A stretch of 64,000 bases of DNA, from positions 119 through 64,118 of the forward strand of contig DATHNC010000057.1 of NCBI GenBank assembly GCA_035486415.1, given 5' to 3'. Positions 24,179 to 34,117 of this stretch are shown one piece after another (the first letter of the stretch is position 1; each line of letters begins with the position of its first letter). Both the position numbers and the translations under genes were made by a program. The notes beneath the pieces are model-generated. The model saw only the letters and a program-made list of their open reading frames with translations, ran no database searches and was not told where the DNA came from. The stretch is from Candidatus Saccharimonadales bacterium (GTDB lineage Bacteria > Acidobacteriota > Terriglobia > Acidiferrales > UBA7541).

Positions 24179-26038
24179 ATGAGCTACCAGGTTATCGCGC
24201 GAAAATGGCGGCCCCAAACGTTTGCCGACGTGGTTGGGCAGCAGCACGTCACGCGCACGCTTTCCAATGCAATCCAATCCGGGCGCGTCGCGCATGCGTA
24301 CATTTTTTCTGGCGCGCGCGGCGTGGGCAAAACCACTACGGCGCGCATCCTGGCCAAGGCTCTGAATTGCGCGAAGGGTCCAGCCGCGGAACCCTGCAAC
24401 GAATGCGACTCCTGCCGTGAAATTGGCCAGGGAAATTCCCTCGACGTGATTGAAATTGATGCGGCTTCCAATCGCGGCATTGACCAGATTCGCGAATTGC
24501 GCGAAATGGTGCGCTACGCGCCAGCCGGCGGCCGCTACAAAGTCGTAATCCTTGACGAAGCCCACGCGCTGACCGGCGAAGCTTCGAACGCGCTTTTAAA
24601 AACTCTCGAAGAGCCCCCCGACAAAGTTATTTTCATCATGGCTACGACTCAGCCGGAAGATCTGGTCGACACGATCCGGTCGCGGTCGCAACATTTTCAC
24701 TTCCGCGCACTTTCGTTCGCGGAAATTTCCGATGCGCTGAATGATATTTGCGCAAAGGAAGGATTGACCGCGGAGCCAGGCGCCATTGCCGTGATGGCTC
24801 GCGCCGCGGAAGGCAGCGTGCGCGACGGGCTTTCACTTCTTGAGCAGGCGCGCGCCTATTGCGGCACGACGATCACCGATGCGCAGGTTCGCGAATTGCT
24901 CGGCGTGGTGCCCGGAGAAATTCTGGATGAACTGACTCACGCAATCGAAGAGCAATCCGCCGAACGAGTCCTCTCGCTCGTCCACCGGCTGCTGGCCGAA
25001 GGACAAAATCTCCAGCATTTTTGCCGCGAAGCGATTGGCCACTTTCGCAATCTGCTTGTCGCGCGAGTTTGCGGCGCCAATTCGGAATTGATCGCCGCTC
25101 CGGTCGATGAGCGCCCGCGATTGAAGGAAGCAGCCGAATTTTTTAGCGAGGAAGACCTGACACGTTTTTTTCAAATCCTGCTGCATACGGAAGACGATGT
25201 CCGCAAGAAGCCCGACCCGCGATTGCATCTGGAGATGGGCTTGCTACGCATGGTGAATGCGGCACGCCTCGCGCCGCTCGAAGAACTGCTTGCCAACCTT
25301 GACAGTGGCACGCCTGCGACACCAGCGCCGCATCGGACATCCAGCGCGCTGCCGCAAACTCCCGCTCCGATTCGCTCGAGCGCGTCGCCCGCCACTTCCG
25401 TTTCTGCTACCTGGCAAAGCTCGGCAATTTCCCAAGGAATGGCAACCGCCGCTGCGCCCGCGAAAATACAGCCCGCGCCTGTCGCGCTCATCGAAACGCC
25501 AATTCCCTTCACCGCCGGGCGCGAGGAAGCAAAGTCTTCGCCGAAACAAATTGACGCGACACCCGCTCCGCTACCCACTATGACGACCGATACGGTTGCG
25601 CGGGCCGCCGCCGTCGGCGCTGAACTCTTAGTGGAACAAATTAATTCCATCAAGAACGCGATCGCCGCGCAGGAGAAATTTTTGGGCGAACTCGTCGTGC
25701 ACGCGTCACGATGGGAAATCGCCGGCGGCGAAGTACGGATATTTTTTCCGACGGAGAACCGTGTATTCGCGGATATGCTGCAGGCACGTGATCCTATGGA
25801 ACGTTTGCGCAACATTGCCAGTCGCACAATCGGCCAACCCGTGCGCGTCTGTGTTAAACTTGAAGACGTGCCGGTGACCGGAACTCCTTCGAGCAGTTCG
25901 AGCGGTTCAGGAGGATCAAACGGTTCGAGCGGCACACGTGAGTTGCGCGCAAAGTTCGAGCAGGATCCGATCGTGCGCGCGATGATGGAACGATTCGGCG
26001 GTCAGATTTCCGACGTAAAACGCCGGGGCGAGGAGTAG
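24179..26038 (+). CDS. dnaX: DNA polymerase III subunit gamma/tau
   Basis: YQVIARKWRPQTF, GARGVGKTT (Walker A), zinc module CNECDSC, VVILDEAH, SRSQ. Confidence 0.95.
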   Translation: MSYQVIARKWRPQTFADVVGQQHVTRTLSNAIQSGRVAHAYIFSGARGVGKTTTARILAKALNCAKGPAAEPCNECDSCREIGQGNSLDVIEIDAASNRGIDQIRELREMVRYAPAGGRYKVVILDEAHALTGEASNALLKTLEEPPDKVIFIMATTQPEDLVDTIRSRSQHFHFRALSFAEISDALNDICAKEGLTAEPGAIAVMARAAEGSVRDGLSLLEQARAYCGTTITDAQVRELLGVVPGEILDELTHAIEEQSAERVLSLVHRLLAEGQNLQHFCREAIGHFRNLLVARVCGANSELIAAPVDERPRLKEAAEFFSEEDLTRFFQILLHTEDDVRKKPDPRLHLEMGLLRMVNAARLAPLEELLANLDSGTPATPAPHRTSSALPQTPAPIRSSASPATSVSATWQSSAISQGMATAAAPAKIQPAPVALIETPIPFTAGREEAKSSPKQIDATPAPLPTMTTDTVARAAAVGAELLVEQINSIKNAIAAQEKFLGELVVHASRWEIAGGEVRIFFPTENRVFADMLQARDPMERLRNIASRTIGQPVRVCVKLEDVPVTGTPSSSSSGSGGSNGSSGTRELRAKFEQDPIVRAMMERFGGQISDVKRRGEE

Positions 26039-26041
26039 ACC

Positions 26042-26368
26042 ATGGAAGTGAAAGCGCTACAGCAGATTCTCACGCAGTTTCGCCAAATGCAGGAGGGCTT
26101 GCAAAAGCAGGTCGAAACCGTGCACGTGGAAGCTTCGGCGGGTGGCGGCATGGTCACCGTCAAAATGAATGGACAGAAACAACTCACCGACGTTCACATC
26201 GATTCCGAAATTTTTGCAGGCAAGGATCAGGAACTGCTGCAGGATCTGGTGCGCTCGGCCGTGAACGAAGCCAGCCGCCGCATTGATGAAGAGCTGACCA
26301 GCCAGATGAAGAATCTGACCGGTTCGATTCCAGGAATGGCCGGACTGAAGATTCCTGGATTGTTTTAA
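26042..26368 (+). CDS. ybaB: YbaB/EbfC family nucleoid-associated protein
   Basis: 108 aa. GGGMVTVKMNGQKQL..V.ID motif. Conserved position between dnaX and recR. Confidence 0.9.
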   Translation: MEVKALQQILTQFRQMQEGLQKQVETVHVEASAGGGMVTVKMNGQKQLTDVHIDSEIFAGKDQELLQDLVRSAVNEASRRIDEELTSQMKNLTGSIPGMAGLKIPGLF

Positions 26369-26457
26369 GCCGCTACCTTTGAGAAATTTTTTGAAGCCTA
26401 CATCACGAGTGAATTCGGAATCTCTACCCCGCCTCACTCCGTCACGGATTAAAACCC

Positions 26458-27057
26458 ATGCCTGATTTCGCCGAGCCCGTAGAACGTCTGATCGATCAGC
26501 TGAAACATTTGCCCGGCATCGGCGCGAAGACCGCGCAGCGCCTGGCATTTCATATTCTGCGCGCCGACTCGGAAAACGCGCTGGCCCTGGCCGATGCCAT
26601 TCGCGACGCGAAGATGAACATGCGCATCTGCACCGTGTGCAATAACATTACGGATGTGGATCCGTGCCTTTACTGCACGAGCTCTACGCGCAATCGCAAA
26701 ACGATTTGCGTGGTCGAAGAGCCGCACAACATCATGGCCATCGAGAAAACGCGCCAGTACAACGGCATGTATCACGTGCTCGGCGGATCGCTCGCGCCAC
26801 TGCGCGGCGTTGGCCCCGACCAACTGCATCTGAAAAATTTGATTGAGCGGCTCAAGGGTGGCGCGGTGGAAGAAATCATCATCGCCACCAACCCGAACGC
26901 CGAAGGCGAAGCCACGGCCATGTATCTTTCCAAGCTGCTGAAGCCGCTGGGCGTGCGCGTGACGCGCATCGGCGTCGGCATTCCCGTCGGCGCAGACCTC
27001 GAATACGCCGACGAAGTTACTATGATGAAAGCCATGGAAGGCCGCCGCGATTTGTAG
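26458..27057 (+). CDS. recR: Recombination protein RecR
   Basis: [15 protein letters not shown] helix-hairpin-helix, C4 zinc finger CTVCNN...CLYC, Toprim region VVEEP.D..AIE. Confidence 0.95.
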   Translation: MPDFAEPVERLIDQLKHLPGIGAKTAQRLAFHILRADSENALALADAIRDAKMNMRICTVCNNITDVDPCLYCTSSTRNRKTICVVEEPHNIMAIEKTRQYNGMYHVLGGSLAPLRGVGPDQLHLKNLIERLKGGAVEEIIIATNPNAEGEATAMYLSKLLKPLGVRVTRIGVGIPVGADLEYADEVTMMKAMEGRRDL

Positions 27058-27171
27058 TTTCTGGTTGTGCCCGAGTCCCGCCGGTGGGTTTTCCATCGCT
27101 TTAGCGCAGAATGACGTCTGAATTCCAATCAAGCAAAAATTATCGCTCTTACTGATGCATTGTCGCCTGAT

Positions 27172-27202
27172 TTACACAAAAGAAAACAGGCTGAGTCCTG
27201 TT
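27172..27202 (-). terminator. Weak rho-independent terminator after the GT39 gene
   Basis: AACAGG / CCTGTT stem (27185-27202) abuts the stop codon at 27203-27205. A T-rich tract follows on the minus strand. Confidence 0.4.
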
Positions 27203-29182
27203 CTACTGGCGGCCCTGCGCCAGAATTTTATTTGCAAGGGAGTCTGCGATGCGGAGTTCGTCGTCGGCTTCCGCGCTTCTACCCATGGCCAGAAGAATTC
27301 TGCCGCGCGTCACCTGCGCGATCGGTCGGTTAGGCGCAACGGAGACAGCTATATCCGCTTCGGCAAGTGCTTGATCGAGTTTGTTATCATTTAAAAGTTG
27401 CAGAGCCACGTTTTCGTGAGTCAGGGCGGAAACTTCCGAAAGATCCACTTTCCCATCGTAGACTAATATGGAATCAGCAATCAAAGCGGTAGGACGCACT
27501 CCCTGAAATGGTAAATACGGATTAATCCAATCCGCCCTCCAATACGTCCGCGTCACTTCCGTGGCGCTGATGAATACGGGCCCATCGACTTGCGGCGGAA
27601 CAATGGGCATGGGCATGTGAATCATGTCGGCGAAAGCCGTGGGCAGCGGCTTGCACGGAATTCCGTAATAAGAAACGTCCACAATTAATTTTCCGAAATA
27701 GGCGAACCAGCAATTCTCGATGTGCCGCTGGTCTATGTACTGCTTCATGGCCACCAGGCCTTGGCCCCAATCGACGTTGGAATCCGCCAGAATTTCATGC
27801 GTCTTTGACGGGCCGCCCCACAATTCATTTGAGTAGGGGATGTAATTGGGAAACGCGCGGAGGGAGGACGCCGCGTGGAAAACAATCAGGGCTGCGACAA
27901 GCGCAGCCAGGGCCCGGTGACGCTGGCCGATATTCCATGCGGCAAACGAAACGAGGACAATCAGAAACGGATAGATCGGAAGCAAATGGCGGATGCCGTA
28001 ATTGATGCCGGAAGACATGGCCACTGCCAGGTAAATCAACGTGGGAATGACAAGAAAGAACATTTCACGCTGCAACGGATTGCCCCAAAGTTTTGTGCAC
28101 AGCGGCAGGAGACAACAGAGAACGAGAAATGCCAGCGTGGACTTCACGATAAAAACAGACGGAAAATAAAACCATTGCGCCGAAGGATAATATTTTCCGA
28201 AGATCACGGTCGGAATCGTGCCCACGGAAGAAATATCCGCGATGCCATACAAGTAAGATTCTGGCAGCAGGTGCAGACGATCCATCAGCAGCACTATTCC
28301 GGAAGAGTTATGTCCCATCTGCGTCGCAAATTCGGGTAGCGGCGGAATTACTTTCAGTCCAGCGGGACGCGCGGCGAAGCGAAACCCGTACATGGACCAT
28401 AGCATTGCGACCGAAATCGCAGAAATCGTCGCAAGGGCTGCGGTAAGGCGCAGCGCTTTATTTGCGAAATCAGGAGCCAGCTTTCGCGCGACAATATCTT
28501 CCCAAGTCACGAGATCGGTAAGCGAAAGTAGAAGCAGCATGGGAAACAGAAGAATTCCGGAGTGCTTCGAGCAGAGGCAAAGGCCCGCGGCAAGCCCCGC
28601 GGCAATAAGCCGGAGCGCGGTGGGCTTTTTCAAATAAAGATAGAAGCTGCCAACGCCCAGGAAAATTCCAAGGGTCACTGCGATGTCGGTCGTAACCAGT
28701 GCGCCGTGAGCCAGGAAATTTGGATCAAACGCGAAAAGTGCCAGTGCGAGAAACGCAGGTCCATTGCCCCACATCGATCGCGCTAAAAGAAAAATACAAA
28801 GGGCCAGGCACAATGTGAAAGCAGCCGCAGCCATCCTTGCCCTGAATAAAATAGTGCTGGCGTCATTGCCATATAAAAAATCCCTGCCTGTCCTGAACTC
28901 GACCATTTTGAAATCGGCATCGGGAATAGGCGGCGTTCGCAGGGGCAGACTCAGAAGAGGAAGGGCGGCGATAAGCTTCACGAGTGGAGGGTGCTCTGGA
29001 TTAAATCCGAAGTCGAAATTCCTCCAGTAGCGGTAGCCAGAAAAAATATGGGCCCCTTCATCAAAAGTCTGGGACTGGTGTCGGGCCGAGAGCGCCAATT
29101 GCGTGGCCATGGCGGCAAGTAGCAGAACAACTCCTGCAACGACCAAGATTCGAGGCGAACCCGTTAGTTTTTGAGTTTCCAT
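27203..29182 (-). CDS. Glycosyltransferase family 39 (ArnT/PMT-like) polytopic membrane protein with C-terminal TPR
   Basis: ORF runs to 29236; the ATG at 29182 gives METQKL. FDEGAHIFSGYRYW and FNPEHPPLVKL loop motif, more than 10 hydrophobic segments, and a TPR-like tail. Confidence 0.8.
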   Translation of the reverse strand: METQKLTGSPRILVVAGVVLLLAAMATQLALSARHQSQTFDEGAHIFSGYRYWRNFDFGFNPEHPPLVKLIAALPLLSLPLRTPPIPDADFKMVEFRTGRDFLYGNDASTILFRARMAAAAFTLCLALCIFLLARSMWGNGPAFLALALFAFDPNFLAHGALVTTDIAVTLGIFLGVGSFYLYLKKPTALRLIAAGLAAGLCLCSKHSGILLFPMLLLLSLTDLVTWEDIVARKLAPDFANKALRLTAALATISAISVAMLWSMYGFRFAARPAGLKVIPPLPEFATQMGHNSSGIVLLMDRLHLLPESYLYGIADISSVGTIPTVIFGKYYPSAQWFYFPSVFIVKSTLAFLVLCCLLPLCTKLWGNPLQREMFFLVIPTLIYLAVAMSSGINYGIRHLLPIYPFLIVLVSFAAWNIGQRHRALAALVAALIVFHAASSLRAFPNYIPYSNELWGGPSKTHEILADSNVDWGQGLVAMKQYIDQRHIENCWFAYFGKLIVDVSYYGIPCKPLPTAFADMIHMPMPIVPPQVDGPVFISATEVTRTYWRADWINPYLPFQGVRPTALIADSILVYDGKVDLSEVSALTHENVALQLLNDNKLDQALAEADIAVSVAPNRPIAQVTRGRILLAMGRSAEADDELRIADSLANKILAQGRQ

Positions 29183-29397
29183 AGACTCGAGCGAACGAAG
29201 CAAAAGTATCGATGCGTGAGATTCCCAACTTAACATGAGGCCGTATCGGATCGTTCAAGAGAGTGGCGGGATGTTTCCTGATCAAAATGCGCACATGCGA
29301 GGGCCGAACTTGCGGCCTTCTGGTGCCTGAAACTCGGGAAGCGACGGCCCTCGCAAAACTTTCACGCTCGCGCTTCCGGATGATAAAGTAGTCTTCC

Positions 29398-30588
29398 GTG
29401 GAATATCAGACTTCAGAGACGGAACAGCAGAAACGCCTGCGCGCATCGCGCCGCGCGGTCATCAAGCTAGGAACCGGGATCGTGACCGGCAGCAACGGCC
29501 ATTTTAATATCGCGCAGCTTGAGCCCGTGGCTCGCGGCATTGCGCAATTAAAAAAAGATGGCCGGCAAATTGTGCTGGTGTCCTCGGGCGCGGTTGGATT
29601 GGGGCGAGGCCGTCTCGGCCTGCATCGCGACCGGTTGAACGACATGGTGATGCGCCAGGCCTGCGCGGCTGTGGGACAAAGCTTGCTGATGCACGAGTAC
29701 GAAAAGCTGTTCCAGCAATTCGGCGTGCACATTGCACAGGTATTGCTCACCGAAGGCGACTTCGTCGACCGCACGCGCTATTCCAATTTGCGTGAAACGA
29801 TGGAAGCGCTCCTGAAACTTGGTGTGCTGCCTATTGTGAACGAGAACGATACGGTTTCCACCGCGGAACTGGATTACCTGAACATTCGCGCGGGCGAGCG
29901 CATCTTCAGCGACAACGATCGTCTTGCGGCTCTCGTTATGAGCCACGTCGAGGCCGACGCACTGGTCTTGCTGACAGATGTCGATGGCTTGATGCAACTT
30001 GGGCCTACCGGCTCGATTGACGTCGATGCAAAAATAATTCCGCTGGTGGAGGAAATTACGCCGGAATTGAAAGCGCTTGCGCTGGGCCCCTCCGAAGGTG
30101 GCCGCGGCGGCATGCTTACAAAACTTGAAGCCGCGGAAATCGCCATGCAAGCGGGCGGCGTTGCTGTGATTACAAATGGCACGAAGCCGGAAGCATTGGT
30201 CAAAGTTTTTGAAGGTGAGCCGGCAGGCACGGTATTTGTTTCGAAAACGCGCATGGCAGGCAAGCGGCGCTGGATTGCTTATGCCGCAGGAGTGCGCGGG
30301 CGCGTGATCGTTAACGCCGGCGCGCGCGAAGCGCTGACTGGAGGCAAAGCAAGTTTGCTGGCGTCAGGCGTCACCGGCGTTGAGGGAGAATTTGACGCGG
30401 CGGAAGTCGTAAGCATCGTGGACGGCGAAGGTCTGGAATTTGCGCGCGGCATTACGGATTATTCGCGCGGCGATGCGCAAGGATTGATCGGCAACGGTTC
30501 GCGTGCCGCAGAGGTTCCCGGTCAAACGAGCAAGCGTGCAACTGTCCTCGTAAAGCGCGATAATATCGTTCTACTGGATCGCAAATGA
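29398..30588 (+). CDS. proB: Glutamate 5-kinase (with PUA domain)
   Basis: VIKLGT, VLVSSGAV, NENDTV, SDNDRLAA motifs and a C-terminal PUA-like region. The stop overlaps the proA start (ATGA). Confidence 0.92.
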   Translation: MEYQTSETEQQKRLRASRRAVIKLGTGIVTGSNGHFNIAQLEPVARGIAQLKKDGRQIVLVSSGAVGLGRGRLGLHRDRLNDMVMRQACAAVGQSLLMHEYEKLFQQFGVHIAQVLLTEGDFVDRTRYSNLRETMEALLKLGVLPIVNENDTVSTAELDYLNIRAGERIFSDNDRLAALVMSHVEADALVLLTDVDGLMQLGPTGSIDVDAKIIPLVEEITPELKALALGPSEGGRGGMLTKLEAAEIAMQAGGVAVITNGTKPEALVKVFEGEPAGTVFVSKTRMAGKRRWIAYAAGVRGRVIVNAGAREALTGGKASLLASGVTGVEGEFDAAEVVSIVDGEGLEFARGITDYSRGDAQGLIGNGSRAAEVPGQTSKRATVLVKRDNIVLLDRK

Positions 30589-31922
30589 GCACCGTACAAA
30601 AACAAGTGGAAGCTTCCGACGTTCGGCACATGATCAAGCGCGCGCGCAAGGCTGCGCATGTCCTCGCGACACTTTCCGGCGAACGTCGGAACGAAGCGCT
30701 GATCGCTGCGGCAAATGCGATTGAAGCGCGCGCCGCCGAAATTCAGGCCGCGAATGACAAGGATTGCGCGGCGGCACAAAAAGCTGTTGAAAGTGGCGAA
30801 CTCTCCCGCGCGATGTTCGCGCGTTTGCGAACCACCGAGCGAGGCATCGCAGACATGGCTGCGCGCGTGCGCGATGTCGCGCGGCTGCCCGATCCCCTGC
30901 ACCGGCGGCTTTCTACAATGGAGTTGGACGACGACCTTGTCCTGCACAAGGAGACATGTCCGCTGGGAGTTGTCGGCGTCGTATTTGAATCGCGCCCGGA
31001 CGTTGTTCCGCAAATTTCTTCGCTCGCTTTGAAATCCGGAAATGCCGTCTGCCTGAAGGGCGGCGCGGAAGCTGCGGAAACGAATGCCATCCTCGTTTCC
31101 ATCTGGCGAGACGCGTTAAGCGGCTTTCCTGAAGTTCCTGCTGACTCCGTTGTGCTGATTCACACGCGCCAGGATGTGGCGGAAATTCTGAAGATGCACG
31201 AAGACATCGATTTAATCGTGCCGCGCGGGTCGAACGAGTTTGTGACTTACGTCATGCAAAACAGCCTGATCCCCGTGCTAGGCCACGGCGAAGGCATCTG
31301 CCACGTTTACGTACATAGCGATGCGGACCTCCAAAAAGCTATCGACGTGTCCTACGATTCCAAGGTCCAGTACCCTGCCGTGTGCAACGCCATGGAAACT
31401 TTGCTAGTGCATCAGGAAATCGCGCCACTCTTTCTGCCGCTGATGATTGATGAGTTTCACAAAGCCGGAGTGGAAATCCGCGGATGCCCCCGCACCATTG
31501 CACTGGCTCAGGGACGCGAAATAATTCCTGCGATGGAAGAAGATTGGAAAAAGGAATATTCCGACTTGATCGTTTCCATCAAAGTCGTGGACGGAGTGAA
31601 TCAGGCCATCGAGCACATCAATAAATACGGCTCACGTCACACGGAATCCATCGTGACCGAAAGTCATGACGTTGCCTCGCGCTTCATGGAATTTGTCGAT
31701 GCGGCCAACGTTTTTCAGAATGCATCCACGCGATTCTCCGACGGTTTCCGCTACGGACTCGGCGCGGAAGTGGGAATCAGCACAGGAAAATTGCACGCCC
31801 GCGGCCCCGTGGGCCTCGAAGGTCTCACCATTTACAAATATAAGTTGTTTGGAAAAGGGCAGACCGTAGCCAGCTACAATAAGGGCCAGCGCACCTTCAA
31901 GCATCGCCTGATTCCCGGTTAG
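30585..31922 (+). CDS. proA: Glutamate-5-semialdehyde dehydrogenase
   Basis: PLGVVGVVFESRP, LKGG.EA, CNAMETLLVH (catalytic Cys), HINKYGS.HTE. Confidence 0.95.
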   Translation: MSTVQKQVEASDVRHMIKRARKAAHVLATLSGERRNEALIAAANAIEARAAEIQAANDKDCAAAQKAVESGELSRAMFARLRTTERGIADMAARVRDVARLPDPLHRRLSTMELDDDLVLHKETCPLGVVGVVFESRPDVVPQISSLALKSGNAVCLKGGAEAAETNAILVSIWRDALSGFPEVPADSVVLIHTRQDVAEILKMHEDIDLIVPRGSNEFVTYVMQNSLIPVLGHGEGICHVYVHSDADLQKAIDVSYDSKVQYPAVCNAMETLLVHQEIAPLFLPLMIDEFHKAGVEIRGCPRTIALAQGREIIPAMEEDWKKEYSDLIVSIKVVDGVNQAIEHINKYGSRHTESIVTESHDVASRFMEFVDAANVFQNASTRFSDGFRYGLGAEVGISTGKLHARGPVGLEGLTIYKYKLFGKGQTVASYNKGQRTFKHRLIPG

Positions 31923-31926
31923 GTTT

Positions 31927-32004
31927 CCAGTAGCACAGGCTTCAGCCTGTGGGGATTAGTACTTGCATGGACTAAATTCCACAGGCTGAAGCCTGTGCTA
32001 CTGG
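31927..32004. repeat. Palindromic intergenic element, copy A (78 nt, perfect 26 nt arms)
   Basis: CCAGTAGCACAGGCTTCAGCCTGTGG ... CCACAGGCTGAAGCCTGTGCTACTGG, between convergent proA and the ABC-2 permease gene. Confidence 0.85.
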
Positions 32005-32008
32005 AAAT

Positions 32009-33100
32009 CTACCGCCACCGAAAAAGTTTCAACGCCAGCGCATAACAAATCACCAACCAGAACATGATGATGCCGGTCTGCGGCATCATCTGCGATAAAT
32101 TCGCCCCTTGCAGCATGTTCGAGCGCAACGCATCGATGACGGCGGTTAGCGGTAGCGCTTTGATGAATGGCTGCATCAGGCTGGGAAATTTTTGCGAGGA
32201 AAAGAAAACTCCGGACGCGATCCACATTGGCATCATCACGACATTCATCAGCCCGGATGCCGCTTCAATCGTTTTTACGCGCGAGGCCAGCAAAAGTCCG
32301 AGCGCGGAAAATGAAAGTGAGCTCAGCACGCACAAAATGAAAAGAGTCAACAACGAGCCGCGAAAGGGCACGTGAAAAAACAGCGCACCGAAACCAACAA
32401 TCACTCCAACCTCAATCACCAGCATCAATATCCGCGAAAGCAGAAACGAAATTAAATAGTAGGGGCGCGGCATGGGGCTCGCCACCAGACGCTTCAATAA
32501 TTTTTTTCGCCGCGCATCGACGATCGCAAAACCAATCGACCACATCGCGCTGCCCATCAAATTCATGCCCAGAAGTCCGGGGATCAGAAAGTCGATATAA
32601 CGCGAACCGGGTTCGCGCATCAACTGGTCGCTAGCCGCAACCGGATCGGTGCGCCCCGCGGCTCTCTGGATCGCGCGGTCCGCAAGCAGACGCGCGGCGC
32701 GTCCTTCCGGATTCGTATCGTCGTACCGGTATTCAACGCTGCCGGCCAATCCCGGCAAAACTAGCAGCGCCACTTTGCCTGTGCGCAGGGCATCTTCAGC
32801 AGCGTTCTCATCAAGCTGTTGCACTTCGAGAAGTTTTTCCCACTGCAAAGATTGCGCCAGCCCGGGAGAGACCACCGCGATTTTCAAAACGTCAGCAGGC
32901 CGATTGCGAAAAGCGATGCCCAATCCTGCCGCCAGCAAAATAGGAAATGCGAATACCCAGAAGAGCGCCTCCGGTTCGCGAATAAATTCGAGAAACCTCA
33001 CGAGCGTGAGTTGCACGAGCGGATGGTCAGCAAACGAATGTGTGCGCGGAGATTTCTTCTCGGCCGCCGCGCGAACATCGGGAATCGTGTTTTCACTCAT
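32009..33100 (-). CDS. ABC-2 type transporter permease
   Basis: 363 aa. One N-terminal TM helix, a large loop, then 5 C-terminal TM segments as in ABC-2 permeases. 8 nt overlap with the upstream ATPase gene. Confidence 0.75.
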   Translation of the reverse strand: MSENTIPDVRAAAEKKSPRTHSFADHPLVQLTLVRFLEFIREPEALFWVFAFPILLAAGLGIAFRNRPADVLKIAVVSPGLAQSLQWEKLLEVQQLDENAAEDALRTGKVALLVLPGLAGSVEYRYDDTNPEGRAARLLADRAIQRAAGRTDPVAASDQLMREPGSRYIDFLIPGLLGMNLMGSAMWSIGFAIVDARRKKLLKRLVASPMPRPYYLISFLLSRILMLVIEVGVIVGFGALFFHVPFRGSLLTLFILCVLSSLSFSALGLLLASRVKTIEAASGLMNVVMMPMWIASGVFFSSQKFPSLMQPFIKALPLTAVIDALRSNMLQGANLSQMMPQTGIIMFWLVICYALALKLFRWR

Positions 33101-34037
33101 CGCGCAAATGCCGTCCCGTCAAATTCACAAATACGTCTTCCAGCGTGGCCGAATGTGTCCGAAATTCAGTGAGGGGAACATTTTGGCGCGTCAACTCCGC
33201 GAGCAATGCCGGAACAGCGGTATGAAGTTCACTCACCTGCAAATGCACAGCCTCATTCTGTCTGCGAACTTCGCGCACGCCTTCGATGCGTCGCAGCGCA
33301 GACTCATCGAGCGCGTGGGAAGCGTTGCCCGCCGTAAACTCGACCACATGCTCCGCGCAAGTGGAAGCGATTAGTTCACGCGGCGAGCCCATCGCGATTT
33401 CTTTCCCGTGATCGACAATCGCCACGCGGTTGCAAAGGCGCTCCGCCTCATCCATGTAGTGCGTGGTGAGCAGAATCGTGCGCCCGGACTCTTTAAATTC
33501 CTCTATCAATTCCCAAAGCTGGCGGCGGGCTTGAGGATCAAGGCCAGTCGTCGGTTCGTCGAGAAAAAGAAAATCGGGGTCGCCAACCAGCGCGCAGGCC
33601 AGCGCCAATCTCTGCTTCTGCCCGCCGGATAAATCTCCCACGCGCGAATTCTCTTTTTCTTCAAGCTGCACACGCGCAATCACTTCAGAAGCTTCCGCTC
33701 CCTGCTGAAAAAAGCTGCGGAATAATCGCACCGTTTCATGTACGGTCAGTTTTTCGGAAAGCTGCGTGTCCTGCAATTGAATGCCAAGGCGCTGGCGAAG
33801 CTGCGCCGCGTCCGAACTCCACCGCATGCCCAGCACTTCCACATCTCCCGAATCCGGATCCGTCAAACCCTCACAAATTTCAACGGTCGTCGTCTTCCCC
33901 GCCCCGTTCGGCCCGAGCAGGCCGAAACATTCTCCGGCGCATACTTCGAGGTTCAGACCGTCAACCGCGCGCACATCCTTATATGATTTGCGGAGTTGGC
34001 TGACGCGAAGCGCGGAATGCGATGCGTTTTCAGGCAT
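33093..34037 (-). CDS. ABC transporter ATP-binding protein
   Basis: Walker A GPNGAGKTT, signature LSGGQKQR, Walker B FLFLDEPTTGLD, H-loop TTHYM. Confidence 0.9.
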   Translation of the reverse strand: MPENASHSALRVSQLRKSYKDVRAVDGLNLEVCAGECFGLLGPNGAGKTTTVEICEGLTDPDSGDVEVLGMRWSSDAAQLRQRLGIQLQDTQLSEKLTVHETVRLFRSFFQQGAEASEVIARVQLEEKENSRVGDLSGGQKQRLALACALVGDPDFLFLDEPTTGLDPQARRQLWELIEEFKESGRTILLTTHYMDEAERLCNRVAIVDHGKEIAMGSPRELIASTCAEHVVEFTAGNASHALDESALRRIEGVREVRRQNEAVHLQVSELHTAVPALLAELTRQNVPLTEFRTHSATLEDVFVNLTGRHLRDE

Positions 34038-34084
34038 TGCGCAAGTATCGCGTCAGCAGGCAGGAGATTCAAGGCAGGATTCAC

Positions 34085-34117
34085 GTGGCGCGGGCTTCAG
34101 ACTGCGGGGGTTAGTCC
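34085..34117. repeat. Half copy (left arm only) of the palindromic element, copy B
   Basis: GTGGCGCGGGCTTCAGACTGCGGGGGTTAGTCC. There is no matching right arm. Its last 7 nt overlap the stop codon and final codon of the aquaporin gene. Confidence 0.75.

Noticed and set aside
24179-26038. Programmed frameshift or slippage site in dnaX for a gamma subunit
   Set aside because: I looked for an A AAA AAG-type heptamer or a long A-run inside dnaX and found none; there are only T-runs at about 25140, about 25165 and about 25740. No claim can be supported.
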